Positions 63,501 to 64,000 of a stretch of DNA of 64,000 bases are shown here, one piece after another. Each line of letters starts with the position of its first letter. Within the stretch, counting starts at the first letter, position 1. The notes below the pieces were generated by a model. It worked only from the letters and a program-made list of their open reading frames with translations, had not been told where the DNA came from and searched no databases. The DNA is from Candidatus Poribacteria bacterium. GTDB taxonomy: Bacteria; Poribacteria; WGA-4E; WGA-3G. The position numbers and the translations under genes are program-made. The stretch spans positions 1,248,001 through 1,312,000 of the forward strand of contig OZ242029.1 of NCBI GenBank assembly GCA_965205015.1. The letters are read 5' to 3'.

Positions 63501-63739
63501 TGGACGTAATGTCCCGTCATCGTTTTGTAACGACAGACGGCATCTTTCATGATACGCGCGAGGACGTGATGCACACCCGGCGGGGCATTCGCAAACGGAG
63601 GTCCTTCGAGAAAAACAAAGGGCGGATCGCCTTTGTGGACATCCATACTCTTCTGAAAGATGTCGTTTTCACGCCAGAATTCTAAGATCTGTTTTTCCCT
63701 CTCAGCAAATGTGAATTGGGATGATACCTCTTCAAACAT
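60593..63739 (-). CDS. ileS: Isoleucine--tRNA ligase, type 2 (eukaryote/archaea-like), GVHH motif
   Basis: GPPFAN..GVHH, GWDTHGLPVE, WTTTPWTLPSN, SRERYWGTP, DQTRGWFY, KMSKS; long type-2 C-terminus (EGLAREFVNKIQNMRK) without a C-terminal Zn finger. Confidence 0.96.
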   Translation of the reverse strand: MFEEVSSQFTFAEREKQILEFWRENDIFQKSMDVHKGDPPFVFLEGPPFANAPPGVHHVLARIMKDAVCRYKTMTGHYVHRKAGWDTHGLPVEYQVEKQLDIKNKAELEAYGVQNFIEKCKENVFQYEQEWRRMTERIGYWVDLDDAYITLSNDYIESVWWVLRQAWDKELLYQGHKVQPYCYRCGTTLASHEVAQGYQEVSDPSIFVRFPLKNRENTYLLVWTTTPWTLPSNVAVAVGEDYDYVSVEESDGKHLILAKECIPSLFGDEPPQIVENYKGSDLQDWEYEPLFDGGQHPEKSHYIVTGDFVTTTEGSGLVHIAPAFGQDDYEIGQKHGLPLVQLVGPDGRFVPEVKDTWAGEYVKDADPKIIENLDGRGLLFKAAEYTHQYPFCWRCDTPLLYYARESWFIQTTAIRDQMHQHNQQINWYPEHIKDGRFGNWLENNIDWGLSRERYWGTPLPVWVCDDCGHQHCVGSIAELHELGTDVPDNIELHRPYVDDVVLACEKCSGTMHRVQDVIDCWFDSGCAHTAQWHYPFENQEMLEQAYPADFISEAIDQTRGWFYSLLATGTLLYDKPAYKNCLCLELIMGPDGQKMSKSRGNTIDPWTILNEQGADAMRWYMFTATTPWTPRAFKIEGIDEALKRFMGTLQNVYSFFVMYANLEQVDVLRDAPPVSERATIDRWILSRLHTLIDKVRAEMENYHLTNAPRAIEAFVDDLSNWYVRRSRDRFWGAEAGTDKHAAYATLYEVLVSVAKLAAPFVPFWADELYRNLVCSLDDEAPLSVHLAKYPIADAAFKDTQLEADMDFTREVIRMGHAARNRSGIKTRQPLGEITLGGLSDTEKAAVNRLADLIHDELNVKAIGFTESLEAFAQVTLKPNFRVLGPKYGKGVQAIAKAFASADAVALKAELEATGSLQVEVSGEAYTLEPSEVDVQTQNREGFFVEVDAKKFVALSTELTHELTLEGLAREFVNKIQNMRKNADFNVSDRIKLSLSDTSPLLDEAFQAHRDYILRETLTTAVVDTPGENAFTLAQKLNGEPATLSVEQV

Positions 63740-63788
63740 TTTTTTAACTATTCGCCTCCTGGACCTGTTTCGTTAGAATGATTTAGAA

Positions 63789-63814
63789 GTCGGGAATCGG
63801 AGTTCCCTCCTACA
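63789..63814. repeat. GTAG-family REP-like element, identical to the copy at 18385-18410
   Basis: GTCGGGAATCGGAGTTCCCTCCTACA, 26/26 identical in both places. Confidence 0.85.
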
Positions 63815-63849
63815 GAAAAGCTAAAGGTTCTGAATCTGCTACCTACGTT

Positions 63850-63896
63850 AAAAAAAAACACCCTCACTGAAATCGTCTGCTTCAGTGATGGGCGTT
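63850..63896 (-). terminator. Intrinsic terminator (attenuator) in the ileS leader
   Basis: Minus strand AACGCCCATCACTGAA-GCAGACGAT-TTCAGTGAGGGTG followed by 9 T. Confidence 0.85.
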
Positions 63897-63925
63897 GTTA
63901 TGGAGACTTTTTTCTCTGCTCGTGA

Positions 63926-64000
63926 TTAGCCCACCACAGCACGACGAATAGCAATAATAATAATAATGGATATGGCGCGCGAAGCCGAGACAGCCCGAAG
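63926..64000 (-). CDS. Ile-rich leader peptide of ileS (start lies beyond the window edge)
   Basis: Minus frame reads ...LRAVSASRAISIIIIIAIRRAVVG* with five consecutive ATT codons (63967-63953); stop TAA at 63928-63926. Confidence 0.75.
   Translation of the reverse strand, partial: LRAVSASRAISIIIIIAIRRAVVG

Noticed and set aside
63740-64000. T-box riboswitch upstream of ileS
   Set aside because: No T-box UGGNACC bulge motif seen before the terminator; the Ile-codon leader explains the structure better.

Overview
Chromosomal region of a bacterium, almost certainly Candidatus Poribacteria. The 16S gene carries the Poribacteria FISH-probe target sequences (recalled from memory), and the window has the lineage-typical cohesin/dockerin secreted proteins, three PhyH paralogs and an archaeal-type pantoate kinase. 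Contents: secreted cohesin-dockerin proteins (one is a metzincin protease running off the left edge and absent from the ORF track), a sulfatase/PhyH/SDR catabolic run interrupted by an AAA_21+DUF4276 pair, a general L-amino-acid ABC transporter, housekeeping genes (rpsT, rsmB, thiE, thiD, murJ, hisF, ileS), a PIN/UPF0175 TA pair, a tandem array of six ABC-2 permeases (3 A/B pairs) with hypervariable loops, tRNA-Ile plus a 16S gene with no 23S behind it, and a Mo-hydroxylase operon. Most notable: (1) an Ile-rich leader peptide with terminator/antiterminator upstream of a GVHH-motif type-2 IleRS, i.e. apparent ribosome-mediated attenuation of ileS; (2) several families of short palindromic repeats that occur intergenically and also in-frame inside proteins; (3) the diversified permease array. 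All calls come from reading the sequence; no database searches were run.
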